NCBI GenBank assembly: GCA_000091205.1
Contig: AP006500.2
DNA: 64,000 nt
Source of the DNA: Cyanidioschyzon merolae
Taxonomy: Eukaryota
Reading direction: 5' to 3' (one strand)
The position numbers and the translations under genes were made by a program. Under the pieces are notes generated by a model. The model saw only the letters and a list, made by a program, of their open reading frames with translations, made no database searches and was not told where the DNA came from. Positions 53,401 to 63,478 of the stretch are shown here, piece after piece (position 1 is the first letter of the stretch; every line of letters starts with the position of its first letter).

Positions 53401-55019
53401 GGAAACTCGATCATGAGCTCACGTAACCAGACGAGAACGCTTTCGCTCAGATCTCGAAGATGCACGCGGTATGCGGGTGAGCTCGCGATGCGTTCGATTA
53501 CAGTACAGTATGCTGCTCTGGTGGCGAGCAGATGCTGCGATTCTGCGATGGCCGACAGACATGCTGAAAGAATCTCCTTCCGTGCACTGCTGTGGTGTCC
53601 AAAGAGCTCCGTGAGCACGTGGACCGCGCACCGCTGCAGGAAGAATGACCGCGACGAGATTTGCTCGTGCGTACGACGGCGTCCACGTCGACGAATGGCC
53701 AAAGGTCGATCCGGGCGTCCCGTCTGGGGGCAGCTGTTGCCGCTCCTCAGGCGCTCGGAAAAGTTGCGAATCTTCTGAGCTGGGGTCAGTTGCATCCACT
53801 GGAACGCGAGCTCTGCGATCACTGGCGCAGCGTGCTCGAGCCCCGGAAGCCTGATGATCCGAGAGAGAATCGCCTCCGCCGAGCACGCGGATGTGCTCGG
53901 TGGAGCATTTTCGGGAGCTTCCGCGATCGCAGTTTCCTCTTCATGTCTCCAGAGCAGTGCAGCTGCCTGCTCCCGGGCGAGATCTGCGATGGCTTCGATT
54001 TCTGCCAAATGGAAACAGAGATGAAGATCAATGCTCAAGCGAGCCGCTCGTGATAACGTTCCCGGTATCAGGGCATTCACCTCCGTGGCAATCGAAGCGA
54101 GCAGCGCCTCGCCGAGCGCAGGCTCAGCATGAGCCTCCATCTCGACAATACAGAGGATATCTGGGAGCGCTTGCTCTGGTGCCGCTGCCAGAACGAAACG
54201 AAGGACGCAAGACCAGTCCCGTGCCGTCTCCAGATCGTAGCCAGCTGATTGCCACCACCAGTCAATGCGGAGCACTTGCTGCAGAATGCGTACCAACAGC
54301 TGCGAGAGTGCTGTCAGCGTAGCGCCGTCACATGACCACACGGCGTCCTGCATGAGCTTGCTCTGGACTTGTCGCTCGGTCGTAGTGACCTGCTCCCGAA
54401 TCGAAGTTGGATCGTTGCAGAGAAGCCATCGCTCCCGTAGCTCCATGTATATCTGCAGCATCGGCAGGGCGGTGTCACCGATCCACGGGAAACACAACAA
54501 GTAGCGTGGTGAGTCACTCAGGATTCGGTTTATCCACTCTGCGCTCGCCAAGCACATGGTGCGCAGGCAGCAGGCGTACAGGCATATTCTCAGACGGTGT
54601 GCCTCAGAGTTCAGCTTGGAGGTGAGCTTTGGGTGACAACGCTCACTGCCGTCTGGAAGCTTCAGTTGTGAACTAGAAGCGGGAGCTTGGCATGCAGGGT
54701 CGTCAGCGAGACTGCTTGCGACAAACCCCCGCAGCCGCTGCAACAGCGGCAAACACTCGTGACTCTGAAGTAGACCTTCCTTGACCCACCGCGCCAAACG
54801 CTGCAGAAGCAACTCCGCTGCTTCAAAAAGAGATTGCAGCGTAACGCCTCCTTCACTCGCAGCAACGTTCCCACGCAGGCCCGCAGACGCAACCTGGGCG
54901 CAGTTACAGAGCGTCTGCGCTGCTTCTACAAGCACCTGCCTGTACTTTTCGGGACAGAAGCCTTCTGGTCCCTGTTGCATCAATTCCTGGATATTGTCCA
55001 GAGTTGTCGATGACGGCAT
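50430..55019 (-). CDS. Large (1529 aa) predominantly alpha-helical protein of unknown function, possibly HEAT/ARM-like solenoid
   Basis: One uninterrupted 4.6-kb ORF, Leu/Ala-rich with repeated amphipathic helical segments. No catalytic motif was recognised. The C-terminus is acidic (DLEDFIAADDALSF). Confidence 0.5.
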   Translation of the reverse strand: MPSSTTLDNIQELMQQGPEGFCPEKYRQVLVEAAQTLCNCAQVASAGLRGNVAASEGGVTLQSLFEAAELLLQRLARWVKEGLLQSHECLPLLQRLRGFVASSLADDPACQAPASSSQLKLPDGSERCHPKLTSKLNSEAHRLRICLYACCLRTMCLASAEWINRILSDSPRYLLCFPWIGDTALPMLQIYMELRERWLLCNDPTSIREQVTTTERQVQSKLMQDAVWSCDGATLTALSQLLVRILQQVLRIDWWWQSAGYDLETARDWSCVLRFVLAAAPEQALPDILCIVEMEAHAEPALGEALLASIATEVNALIPGTLSRAARLSIDLHLCFHLAEIEAIADLAREQAAALLWRHEEETAIAEAPENAPPSTSACSAEAILSRIIRLPGLEHAAPVIAELAFQWMQLTPAQKIRNFSERLRSGNSCPQTGRPDRPLAIRRRGRRRTHEQISSRSFFLQRCAVHVLTELFGHHSSARKEILSACLSAIAESQHLLATRAAYCTVIERIASSPAYRVHLRDLSESVLVWLRELMIEFPISLAKRILAALAPLGALWQPMGDGLLIFLRKLACSRAIRARRIAAHGLACFLVSPYLTESAEIETSQLLLRTLNMAPEPLRAEILLAIGSALRGRVLRHATISVWRESLARCIEAVSTETPRGSTLVSTPHLDLHRCFHAAGVATEALPELLRCIHAVPLTGYASEAGDAACTPAMTSQQAATSFQADVSTNFLRSFLSTLVSDLSNAPTVLRMLALDLLLERKASTEQWLAPLTRIQVADSRLKMLATCYETLLDVGRSSQTEQQTLLETYGQLMHLCEAILPILANAVTRQRQQHVVPETDHEPTAGEDYVTGARSVAREVLQDPRRIVLWTPATVSAAEAASDLAYASSRQDGEAGGFMHDMLAWVRIVPALSAARAIQLLQVCRSAHGAASLFRILRRHLDIETYFWDLRGTGDYFVNNRVWPSWLYQGIVEALRRLVIAPANASDEVPAGKTSLQCAFLSLDLACSSVVRDSIELQCRPASAELWLKTHALDFIAAILPKWPVHQVAAFLAVPQVQSQLRLMLTNNFSELYAIQDSTKLTQAPGLEWLAAYLTRRLRADFHRGLTVKLVSIYADLIAHLICQSREWSQASASSGVEDNSQSQALQYIENELLGILFDFDIPQVSVHRLLLRPLLLVLGSKRALHLCTNLILQCRSSADPSSEAPNEDTPALLRLLAQASKETRMAALWAVVEFGADHLPRVRVKTQVARASTINDQELRSVQQLVTLLESFFAPGTVAVPLALFMRLASVSQQALHYLQGVSEMIRRQLDRIVKQRGKRPRGDETPEMESFTDADQAPPLVQWASALEFLQRTRASAQRVARLIRPDAIREALPARCASARSVNQACARFVYCLEKFESECRQLDASLARLQQKLQDVPKALQDAVCGWLANHAPTQKSTPPPAPGLVTGELKIIFTDWEQAPVACTKARASTRRVCYLRSRNAYIDQVLRQEGADEPYADLEDFIAADDALSFTERRHAPATT

Positions 55020-55199
55020 TAATCAATAGGAGACTCTTTGACGCCTTGCGTCTGAAGCGCTATGCGTGCTTTGCGTGCAGGGCGTCACGAAGCATGCATC
55101 TGCATGCGATGCGTTTCGCGCGTTGCTGGCGCGTTTGCGCTTGCCGCGAAAACGATCGATTGCTGCGGAGGCGCGCGTTCTGGAGTCTCCTGGGTTGAT

Positions 55200-57850
55200 T
55201 ATCCTAGCGTTTTAACTTACATGTATTCCACTGCGAGGTGCATGTAATCAAAAGCGTTTTCGCGGTTTATTACGGATGCTTTCGAAGTAGGTTCATTTGA
55301 AGGAAGAAATACACTATGAGAAAGGTGTGAACATGGACTTTGGGGATCCTGGAGGGCCTTCATCTCCGGGTTCCGGAAAAATATGAATAAACAGTTTCGA
55401 GCCCAGAGGAACGAAAGGTGACGAAGAAGCGAAGGGGGCAGGTCAAACGTCAAGAGCTTCGGGAGAAACGACACTAATACCAGATTGTAATGAAATCATA
55501 TCTTCGAGGCCATATTTGGGACGCGTACGAGCCCAAAATGCGAGAGGCTATCAGAAAGCGTGCCGATTCGTGTTCGAGCAGTTTTCGCTACGTTTTCCTA
55601 GGACTGATGCATTTAGTAAGGAAGACGTATCGCGACGCGAAGGATATCAAAACATTCGAGGTTCCGGAAGAATTATTCAACAGGACCTTTATTCGGCACG
55701 TGATGAATGGCGCAAGGGAAGCGTCGAGGAGGAATGAGCGAGTGTATGACCTCCACGAGAATCACGCTGAATACCGCTTCAACGGTACTCGATACAGGGT
55801 TGACATGCGTATTTACGAATACAGAGCGATAGAGTACCTCCCGAACCTAAAGAATCGTATGATCGTGAACCTCAAACGTTTCATGATACGCTCCATCTTT
55901 ACGCTCTACCCGGGCCTATCTCGCAAATGAATAGAGAGCATCATCAATGGGATGACAAACGATCGCCAGCATGAACAGGAGATCGAATTCGTCGACGAAA
56001 GGACATAGCACAGGAGTACGAATGAAGCTTCTGTAATGCGTGCGGCTATTCAAGAGCGCCGTGCGGTCTTGGGGCTGATCAATCAAGCAGAAAAGGTATC
56101 AGATATAAGAAAAGATGAAGAAAGATGTCATCTCCTCATCCTACGCTATTTCGTGTTCCTGAACCGAGAACCCGAACGCAAGGCGGAGATGGAGCTGGGT
56201 GTGGGAAAAATGGAGAGTGGGAGAGACAGAAGGCTGTGCTGCTGGAGAAGCGCTTCAACGCTGTACCGTTGTGCACCATCAAGCCACATTTTGTGACTAT
56301 CGATTCCGGCGTTCGCTACGGCATCATGAAGGAGATCTGTCCGGAGTTCAATGTAAGGAAGACAGCGTTCACCAGTGAAAACCGGACAACGCACTGGAAG
56401 AATATCTTCGATTTCAAGCGTCTCAAAACAAACAAGGGGAAGAAATTCGCTCGGATGATCGAAACAGATGGGGTAGCCATGTGTGTACACTGTCGGCGAT
56501 TGAAGGCAGATCGTCCAGTTCCGTCCTCCGCTTCGTCCGTGACGAATTACGACGATGAGTAGGAGGCGGACCCAGCCACGCAGGAGGTAGAGGATACTGA
56601 CTTTGTCGTTGGCGCGGACCCTGGGAATACGAATATCATAACCATCGCAGTACCCAAGCGTGCGGAGGATGGTAACGATCGCAATTTATGCCAGAAAGAC
56701 ATACATCAGTTAAACCTCTCACGAGCGAGATATCACCGAGAGTCGGGAGTACTTAATGCGAGGGAAAAATGAGACATGAAATGCAGGAATGCAAGAGCAC
56801 CTTGAAGCTATGAACCAGATGACGAGCCGCGGAGCAGACTTTCAAGCTTTCAGGAATTCATGGAAGTTCGCGTTGCTCATTGGGATGCGCTGTGGAATGA
56901 GTATGCAAAGCCCTGGTGGGCTCGTTTGCGTATGAATCTATACGGTGGGAGGCAGCGGGCGTTCGCAAACTTTTTCAATCAGTTGAGCGCCTCGAATGAG
57001 GATGAAATTCAGAGGCTCGGTGCAGCGTACGGAGCAGGGCGCTGGAAGACCAAAAAGTGACTATGCTAGCACCAACGATGAGAACGTACAAGGAGTGTGC
57101 AAGGCGTTTCGTTACGATACCAATAGATGAGTTTCGAACATTTTATACACACCATGAACTGGGGTGTACACTCCAGAGAGTGGAGATGGAAAAGTTCCAG
57201 CGGAGCCATGAGGATATAAAAACGTACGGAGCGCTGACGGTAGAGCAAATGGAGAGGAGGGCGAGACTTCGAGGACTACTTGCATTAGTAAGTACAACCA
57301 ATGATGGCAAGAAACGTATGGAATTCGTGAACTGTGACTTTAATGCCGCTATCAATATAAGGAAATGTGCGGTGCTGGAGACGAGACCTCCAGAGTTGAC
57401 ATGGGAGAATTTTGTGGGGCAACCTCTCAAAGTGGAATTATATGAGAAAAAATTGGAATCAGTAGTATGCGGCCGGTCCAAAAAGACTGCAAGGCGTCTG
57501 CACGTTACTAAGAGACGTCTTGTCTAGGGCGGGTTTCTCGCCACTACTCTACACTTCTGGTCGCAACGTTTGTCTTTTGAAAGGCGTTTGTTGTCGGTGA
57601 TGGCGGTGTTGAGTACTAGAATTCCCCGTGTGAAAGCCAGGAGGCAGCTTTGTCAGGTTGACGTGCGTTTTCCCAAGGATCAGGACGCTGCGACTTGGAC
57701 GAGTATTCAACGTCTCCTGGTCTAAACGTTGCGCACACGCACACGACGCCTCGCCGAGCTACCTTTCCTATGCAGCAGCATCTTCCCTAGAGTTTGCCGG
57801 GCTTGGGCTTTAATCAGGTGCGCTACGGCCTGAACGCCTTCTAATGCGGA
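55200..57850 (+). mobile_element. AT-richer island surrounding the TnpB/Fanzor-like ORF; putative relic of the host transposon or OMEGA-type element (boundaries not defined)
   Basis: Base composition shifts visibly to lower GC versus the flanking genes. It contains the Fanzor-like ORF plus ~300 bp of 3' non-coding sequence where a guide (omega) RNA would be expected. No TIRs or TSDs were identified by eye. Confidence 0.35.
55490..57527 (+). pseudogene. TnpB/Fanzor-like RuvC nuclease ORF (IS605 OrfB family homologue), frame-disrupted or intron-containing; Fanzor1-like in length
   Basis: Segments read in three frames: 55490-55930 (f2) N-terminal domain; 56125-56766 (f1, one TAG at 56563) containing [20 protein letters not shown], the RuvC-I G.DPG..N motif; 56860-57060 (f1) RQRAFANFFNQL, like the R.DF.HK.S..L helix of TnpB; 57057-57527 (f0) VTIPIDEFRT, RuvC-II-like, and EFVNCDFNAAINIRKCAV, the RuvC-III D.NAA.NI signature. 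The zinc-finger cysteines between RuvC-II and RuvC-III are mostly lost. Confidence 0.6.
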
Positions 57851-58359
57851 AGAAGCCTACCCAGGGGGCGTACGCCTCTCGCACTGCTACCTCGGCGAGC
57901 GCAACTGCCGCTTGCTTTCAGGCTGCAAACTGCCACGGGGTAACGAGGTTGCCTGCCCTCGTCGTGCCCTGCCTTTATCGTAAGGATAATTCGATATCAC
58001 TTCAGCAGCCAAGAACAAAAGGCGCTCATAGGAACCGGTGGGAAGTCTCTCCAGGCACTACCCGGGTCGACGCGCGCCGACATTCCCCACGAAAGCAGGG
58101 CGCACACACACGTACGCAGCACTGAAGCAGCTGGTTGTCTCGCTCTGGCGTTTGCAACGCTGTGATGCTCGGTTTTGACGGGTATCGCTCGACGGAGGCT
58201 GTGCAGCAGCCAACTGAACATGCGCATCGGGGCTCGTCGCTTGAAATCATGTCAAGGTATGCAAAAGTTTAGTGGACAGCAAGATCAGCGAGCATTCCTT
58301 CGACCTCGAAAATATATCTAACTTTCTGGAGACCCATGAGATTCATGTCGCTCCCTGGT

Positions 58360-59358
58360 TTACGAAAACGGACCTCTACCACTGTGTCTACTTGACGACA
58401 ACGTATGCTCGCTTTCTTCGCGTTCATGGCACGCCCCAAACGTTCCGAATGCTTGGAGGTTCGCGGAGAACTCGGGCATCACCCTGATGATGTCTGCGTC
58501 GGTGCCCGGCGCCAGTCGCGCCTTGTCGAGGACGCAGCGCTCCACGTGCAGGCCTGCACGCGGCTCCGCTGGATCCATAACGAGGAACGCATCGATTTCC
58601 GGACAGTATTCCAGGACTAAGACATAGTGACCTTGGAAATTGGAATCATCTAAACTCCGAAACGCATGAAATAGTTGCTCCCGAATCCATGTGAGCACCT
58701 TGGATGACCATCGAACCGGTAACGAACAGCTGTACCTCAAGTGCCGCCTGTCGACGAGAACAATCCACACAGGACTGCTACCGGGCCTGACGCTAGCCTT
58801 CGAGACGGTCAAAGATGGGGCTTTATAGCCGCAGTCTGGATGTGGTGCCCGATACGCAGCAGGGATGAGCGCCATTGTCGGCAACAGCGTCGAGAAAACC
58901 GGTATCCCGAGTCGCTGTGCGAGCACAAAACGGCTTTGAACACGAGCCGCATCCGACTCAATCGCTTTACGATAGAAAGGCCAGTCTTTAAAGGTCGGAT
59001 TAATGCCTGCGAAAGTAGTCCAGAAGGCTACGTTGAGGAAGCCAGTCTTGTGCAGCAGGAGAACGAGGTCGATCGTCCACGTAGACCTCGAGCCGGCGAG
59101 CTCCTCGAGTCTGGATCGCTCTGGGACAGGACGACAAAAGTATCGGAAAACGTTTTCTACACATGTGATGCCGCAATCCCAGTCCGCGCGTTGGGTCAGT
59201 GGAGCCAAAACTCGGTGGCTGTGACGCTGGCAGGTGCTCGCTGTTGCGAAGCGTTCGCGACCTCTGGCAGAAACGTTTCCGCTTCGGTTGCGTGCGGAAG
59301 TCATCAGCGTTTCGCCATACGGGGTATGCAGCGTGCTCCTGACCTGCAACAACTGCAA
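58360..59358 (-). CDS. GUCD1-like protein (guanylyl-cyclase-domain-containing 1 / AtGC1-like papain-fold protein), 332 aa
   Basis: QRADWDCGITCVENVFRYF matches the conserved WDCG(L/I)AC motif near the N-terminus of GUCD1/AtGC1 homologues. Later His/Asp-containing blocks are consistent with a C39-like peptidase fold. Confidence 0.45.
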   Translation of the reverse strand: MQLLQVRSTLHTPYGETLMTSARNRSGNVSARGRERFATASTCQRHSHRVLAPLTQRADWDCGITCVENVFRYFCRPVPERSRLEELAGSRSTWTIDLVLLLHKTGFLNVAFWTTFAGINPTFKDWPFYRKAIESDAARVQSRFVLAQRLGIPVFSTLLPTMALIPAAYRAPHPDCGYKAPSLTVSKASVRPGSSPVWIVLVDRRHLRYSCSLPVRWSSKVLTWIREQLFHAFRSLDDSNFQGHYVLVLEYCPEIDAFLVMDPAEPRAGLHVERCVLDKARLAPGTDADIIRVMPEFSANLQAFGTFGACHEREESEHTLSSSRHSGRGPFS

Positions 59359-60785
59359 GGAAGCCGTATGAGCGTAGGCTCTATGACTTAAGTCTCAAGC
59401 TAAGGACACTGCGTAGCGCCACGTGACTCATGCCCGCTGAAATGCAAACGATGGAAAACGGGTTGTTTCGTGGCTGCGGGCAGCGACATCTCTAGTCGGC
59501 GCCAGCAAGAACAGAGCAGGTGGTGGGCTCTCTCTCTCTCTGGACGATGTCCGCAGCGGCGCTTTCGGCACCGTCATAAATGCAAACTGGTGGATCTTCA
59601 TCCGGAGGATTTGCATAAGATGCCAAGTTCCTCGATGGTAAGCCTGGTTGTGGCTTCCGGAACACTGGAGCTGGGAGCGGAATCGTGGGTACTGAAATCG
59701 ACGTCGGTAGCAATGGCGAGCTCGGGGAACGCCAGTCAAAGTGAGAGATCGGATGCCTCAGAAAAAGATCCATCAACGTGTTGAGAACGAAGCGCGGAAT
59801 ATTATCAAGCAGCTGCAAGATTGCTCTGCAGTACATGAATCAACAGTGGCGCTCGGTTCGACGTCCATAGTTACGGGAGGTTCCAAGCAATCATTTTCGT
59901 AGAAGAGACATTTTTGGGCAACCGCTGTGCACCTATGCGATGGAGCAATCTTGGCGCTCTGGAGCACACAGATGCTGCTGATGCTGCTCAAATGCTCGAA
60001 ACGTTCAGACTTCTTTTCACGTGCTCGCGCTGCGCTGGCTCCGACGTTTTCGGCCAATGTCTTTAGACCACGCCCTGACCGTTTTGAAGATCCCAGTTGG
60101 TATCTTGCACTGCACAGCAGTCATTCCAATCGATGCCTACATATCCTTCGATGCCCTTGGGACTGAATCCAAGCGTGTGAACGGACTCGCCAGGAGTCCT
60201 CGAAAATTCACCTAAATGTGCGTATTTATGTTCATGTCCATGCGATTGCCGCTCAAAGCTGCTGGCTCCAGAGCACCTGCGCGCCAAGGAGTCCCAAACT
60301 GGTCTCGCTTCCACTCACAAGCTGTGCTGTATGTCCGCTATAGGAGGCTACGCTGGATCTGCCGAGCAACGCTTCCCATGGTGAGTACTGTTGTGCAGGT
60401 GGTAGCGCTTGGAAACTCCATACGAGCAGAGGACCTCCATTCGCCGATTGTTGGAACCATTCGTTCACCCGCGGGCGTCTGTCGGACTCAGGTTTTGTAC
60501 ACCATGAGGGTACGCCAGCTCGTTGCTGGACACCCGCATACGGCGTGTGAGTATCTGCTCATCAACTGATCACAGGGATCCTAATCGCTCCGCTGGACGC
60601 CCGGATGAAAGCAGATCTTCCCGATTCGAACACCAGAGGCAATTTCTGTCTGTGTCGGACGGGATATGCTCGACTATGCATAGACTCGCCCGAAGGTATA
60701 TGAGACACGCGCGAGCTACCTCAATGATATGGATAGAGGCGCAGCGCTCAGCCGATCATCATATGCGAGCAAAAAAAGAATTCGA

Positions 60786-61110
60786 GCAGATTTCCAAGCA
60801 TGGAAGCCAACGCAAGACAAGAACAGATAAGAGCGATCTTTTTAGAGCAGTAATCAAGCACTAGCAGATTTCCAAGCATGGAAGCCAACGCAAGACAAGA
60901 ACAGATAAGAGCGATCTTTTTAGAGCAGTAATCAAGCACTAGCAGATTTCCAAGCATGGAAGCCAACGCAAGACAAGAACAGATAAGAGCGATCTTTTTA
61001 GAGCAGTAATCAAGCACTAGCAGATTTCCAAGCATGGAAGCCAACGCAAGACAAGAACAGATAAGAGCGATCTTTTTAGAGCAGTAATCAAGCACTAGCA
61101 GATTTCCAAC
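60786..61110. repeat. Minisatellite, 78-bp unit x ~4.2 copies
   Basis: Unit gcagatttccaagcatggaagccaacgcaagacaagaacagataagagcgatctttttagagcagtaatcaagcactag. Copies start at 60786, 60864, 60942, 61020 and a partial one at 61098. The copies look essentially identical. Confidence 0.9.
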
Positions 61111-62269
61111 CGTATGTTTTAAAGCAGAAAAAGTCAAGAGCGCCACGACGCCGTACATGCTCTCGCACGACCCAACCCCGAATCTGGATAAAGCCTCAGC
61201 CCCAAAGATCGTGCAAGTATTGGTACGGTGAGTGAAACGGAAACGTACTTAAACCGTGGAGGTTTGAGTATTAACCTATGTGCAGACGCCTCCCAGCTTT
61301 TTTCGACCGGAAGCCAGTGGTCAGTTTTGGTTTATCCAGGCACCATACGAGCATCAGAGGCTGCCCCATAACATTAGATTGCCTAATTCCTTCAGCACTC
61401 GTCTTCAGCACCGAAAAATCGTGTGATATTGATGGCAATGTCGGAGTCTCGGATCACGAACTCCTTGTGCGCATTGCCGCTGGTTGAACGCATCAATGCG
61501 AGGATTGCTAGAACTCGCGCGCTCTGTGCGACTACAGTCTCGTTATCGCCCAGTGGGGCAAACACCATTTCTTGCCTGTCCGCCCGCTTCTTCTTCGTCT
61601 TCGGCACTAGCTCTTCATCGCTCGATGCTCGGCGAGAAGAGCGTTTTTCCTTATTTTTACCGGCATTCGGCGACGTTGACCCCTCCTGGATCCCCGACAT
61701 TCATGTCCATACTTTTCCCTTGGATTCTTCATTTCTTCAAACGGACACATTTCGAACACATCTGCTACAAGCCGCGAACATGCATTTGATAACACGCACC
61801 CGGATGCGGAACACCATTGAGGTGAACGACTTGAGTGAAAACGCTCACGCGGGACATCCGCCGAGGCGCTCTAGCCGACGCCCTCAGCGGTACGTCAAAG
61901 CCGTTCTTTCTCCGTGTTGCATCTGCACCAGCGGTGTGAGCGCTATCGGGAGTAGGCGCGGCAGGCACTCGGTGCACGATAGAATATATGGAACGACCAG
62001 TATATCCTAAAGGAAGTATGGGTCATGAAACATGAAGTTAGGGTTCATCATGATGGACACTTGCTCGATTGCCATAATCCATCCCCCAAACTGGAATCCC
62101 TGCTCAATGGAAACGTTTTGTCGAACAAAAGCAAAAGAATCTGCCGAGGCGCCCTCGAAGCGAGGCTCGCGTGCTGTGCCCTGCGCAACGTGTCCAGTGC
62201 GCCATCGTTCCAGATATCTCCAGATGCAGCGGTACTAGGTGTCGTTTTTATTTTGGCTAGAAACGGATC

Positions 62270-63478
62270 ATGAACGCATGGAATCGCGTACGAGTCCTTC
62301 TTCCGTCGGTGGTCGTTTTCATCGGCGTCATTTGCTTGTTACTGGGATATGTACGTGAGAAGCAAACCACGTTAGCGTTAGCACCGGCTATTGCGAGCTC
62401 TGCAGCGCTCTCTGCAGTACCGCGGGCGTCACGGTTGCCGCTGCCGGTACGCGTCTCCGTGAGCACGCTTGCGCGAGCTTCGGAGGGCCCCGTCGAGGCA
62501 CCTGCCAACCCGAACGATGTGGTCTCGGCTTGGGGGAACACAGAGCGTTGTGAAACTGTGGTAAAGCGAGTTTTTGAGAAAGCACGTATCGACCGAAGCT
62601 CCGTCGGGGAGAGCACCTGCGGTCTTTGGGGAACCAGGGCGCCCGCGTTAGACTCGGGCAGCCTCGAGTACGAACGCGTCCTACAACGCCTTGAAGCGGA
62701 ACAGCAAGAGCATCTTGATCGCGCGCTACTCTACGCCTCCCTGTACCTGTTGCGTTTTTCGCAAGCGGAGAGACTCGGACAACGTCTGCACGCTTTACGA
62801 ACGCTGCGGGAACTCTGTCACGCATGGCAGCACGCACTCCGTCTCGGGAATCTGGGGGCAATACCCCTGATCACACAAGCACTTGAGGATCCGAATGCGC
62901 TTATACGCCGCGAGGCAGCCTATGTGCTCGCATCAGCATCTCAGAACCACTACGAGTTCCAGCAGTTCGTGCGGCCAACGGCACCGGAGCTGCTGCGACA
63001 TGCCGCTGACTCCACTGAATGGTTGCCTGTTCGAAGTGCTTGCCTACATGCTGCGCTGGCTATGGTTGAAAATTACCGCCATGACTACGGCGAAAGTACC
63101 ACGGATTCCGCCCTGCGGATCTTTGAAGAAGCGTTGGAAATCTGCTCGAAGTTGTGCACGGCTGCAGTCCATGAACGAGCAGATATGAACCGCTTCGTTC
63201 GTCGCTCCATCACATTCATACGCTACTTGTTGTGCATCTCGTCTCGGTCGGGAGACGAATCCGTGTCGACGCTTTTCTTGCGAGCATTCGATCAATACGC
63301 TGAACGACACGCTGTGCGACACCGGCTCGAGCAGACGCTCCGTAGCGCCTGCGTTGCCTCCGATGCGAGACTCGAGCTCAGCGCGTTGATGCAGGTATTG
63401 CGCTCGACACGAATGCCTGCCCTCCCGGATGCAGCGATGCTGAATACCCTCGCTGGGCGAGGCGAGTTCACCGGTTGA
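62270..63478 (+). CDS. Sil1/HspBP1/Fes1-family armadillo-repeat nucleotide exchange factor with an N-terminal signal anchor (Sil1-like, probably ER), 402 aa
   Basis: N-terminal hydrophobic segment LLPSVVVFIGVICLLLGYV. Core ALRTLRELCHAWQHALRLGNLGAIPLITQALEDPNALIRREAAYVLASASQNHYEFQQFV parallels HspBP1 ALELLADLCENMDNAADF...RWRAAQLIGTCSQNVAAIQEQV (LC, R..AA..., QN....Q pattern). Armadillo-like repeats follow. Confidence 0.5.
   Translation: MNAWNRVRVLLPSVVVFIGVICLLLGYVREKQTTLALAPAIASSAALSAVPRASRLPLPVRVSVSTLARASEGPVEAPANPNDVVSAWGNTERCETVVKRVFEKARIDRSSVGESTCGLWGTRAPALDSGSLEYERVLQRLEAEQQEHLDRALLYASLYLLRFSQAERLGQRLHALRTLRELCHAWQHALRLGNLGAIPLITQALEDPNALIRREAAYVLASASQNHYEFQQFVRPTAPELLRHAADSTEWLPVRSACLHAALAMVENYRHDYGESTTDSALRIFEEALEICSKLCTAAVHERADMNRFVRRSITFIRYLLCISSRSGDESVSTLFLRAFDQYAERHAVRHRLEQTLRSACVASDARLELSALMQVLRSTRMPALPDAAMLNTLAGRGEFTG

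Noticed and set aside
56036-56296. 86-aa frame-2 ORF within the Fanzor region, considered as a separate gene
   Set aside because: It overlaps the frame-1 segment carrying TnpB-like sequence. Better explained as a frameshifted piece of the same decayed ORF.
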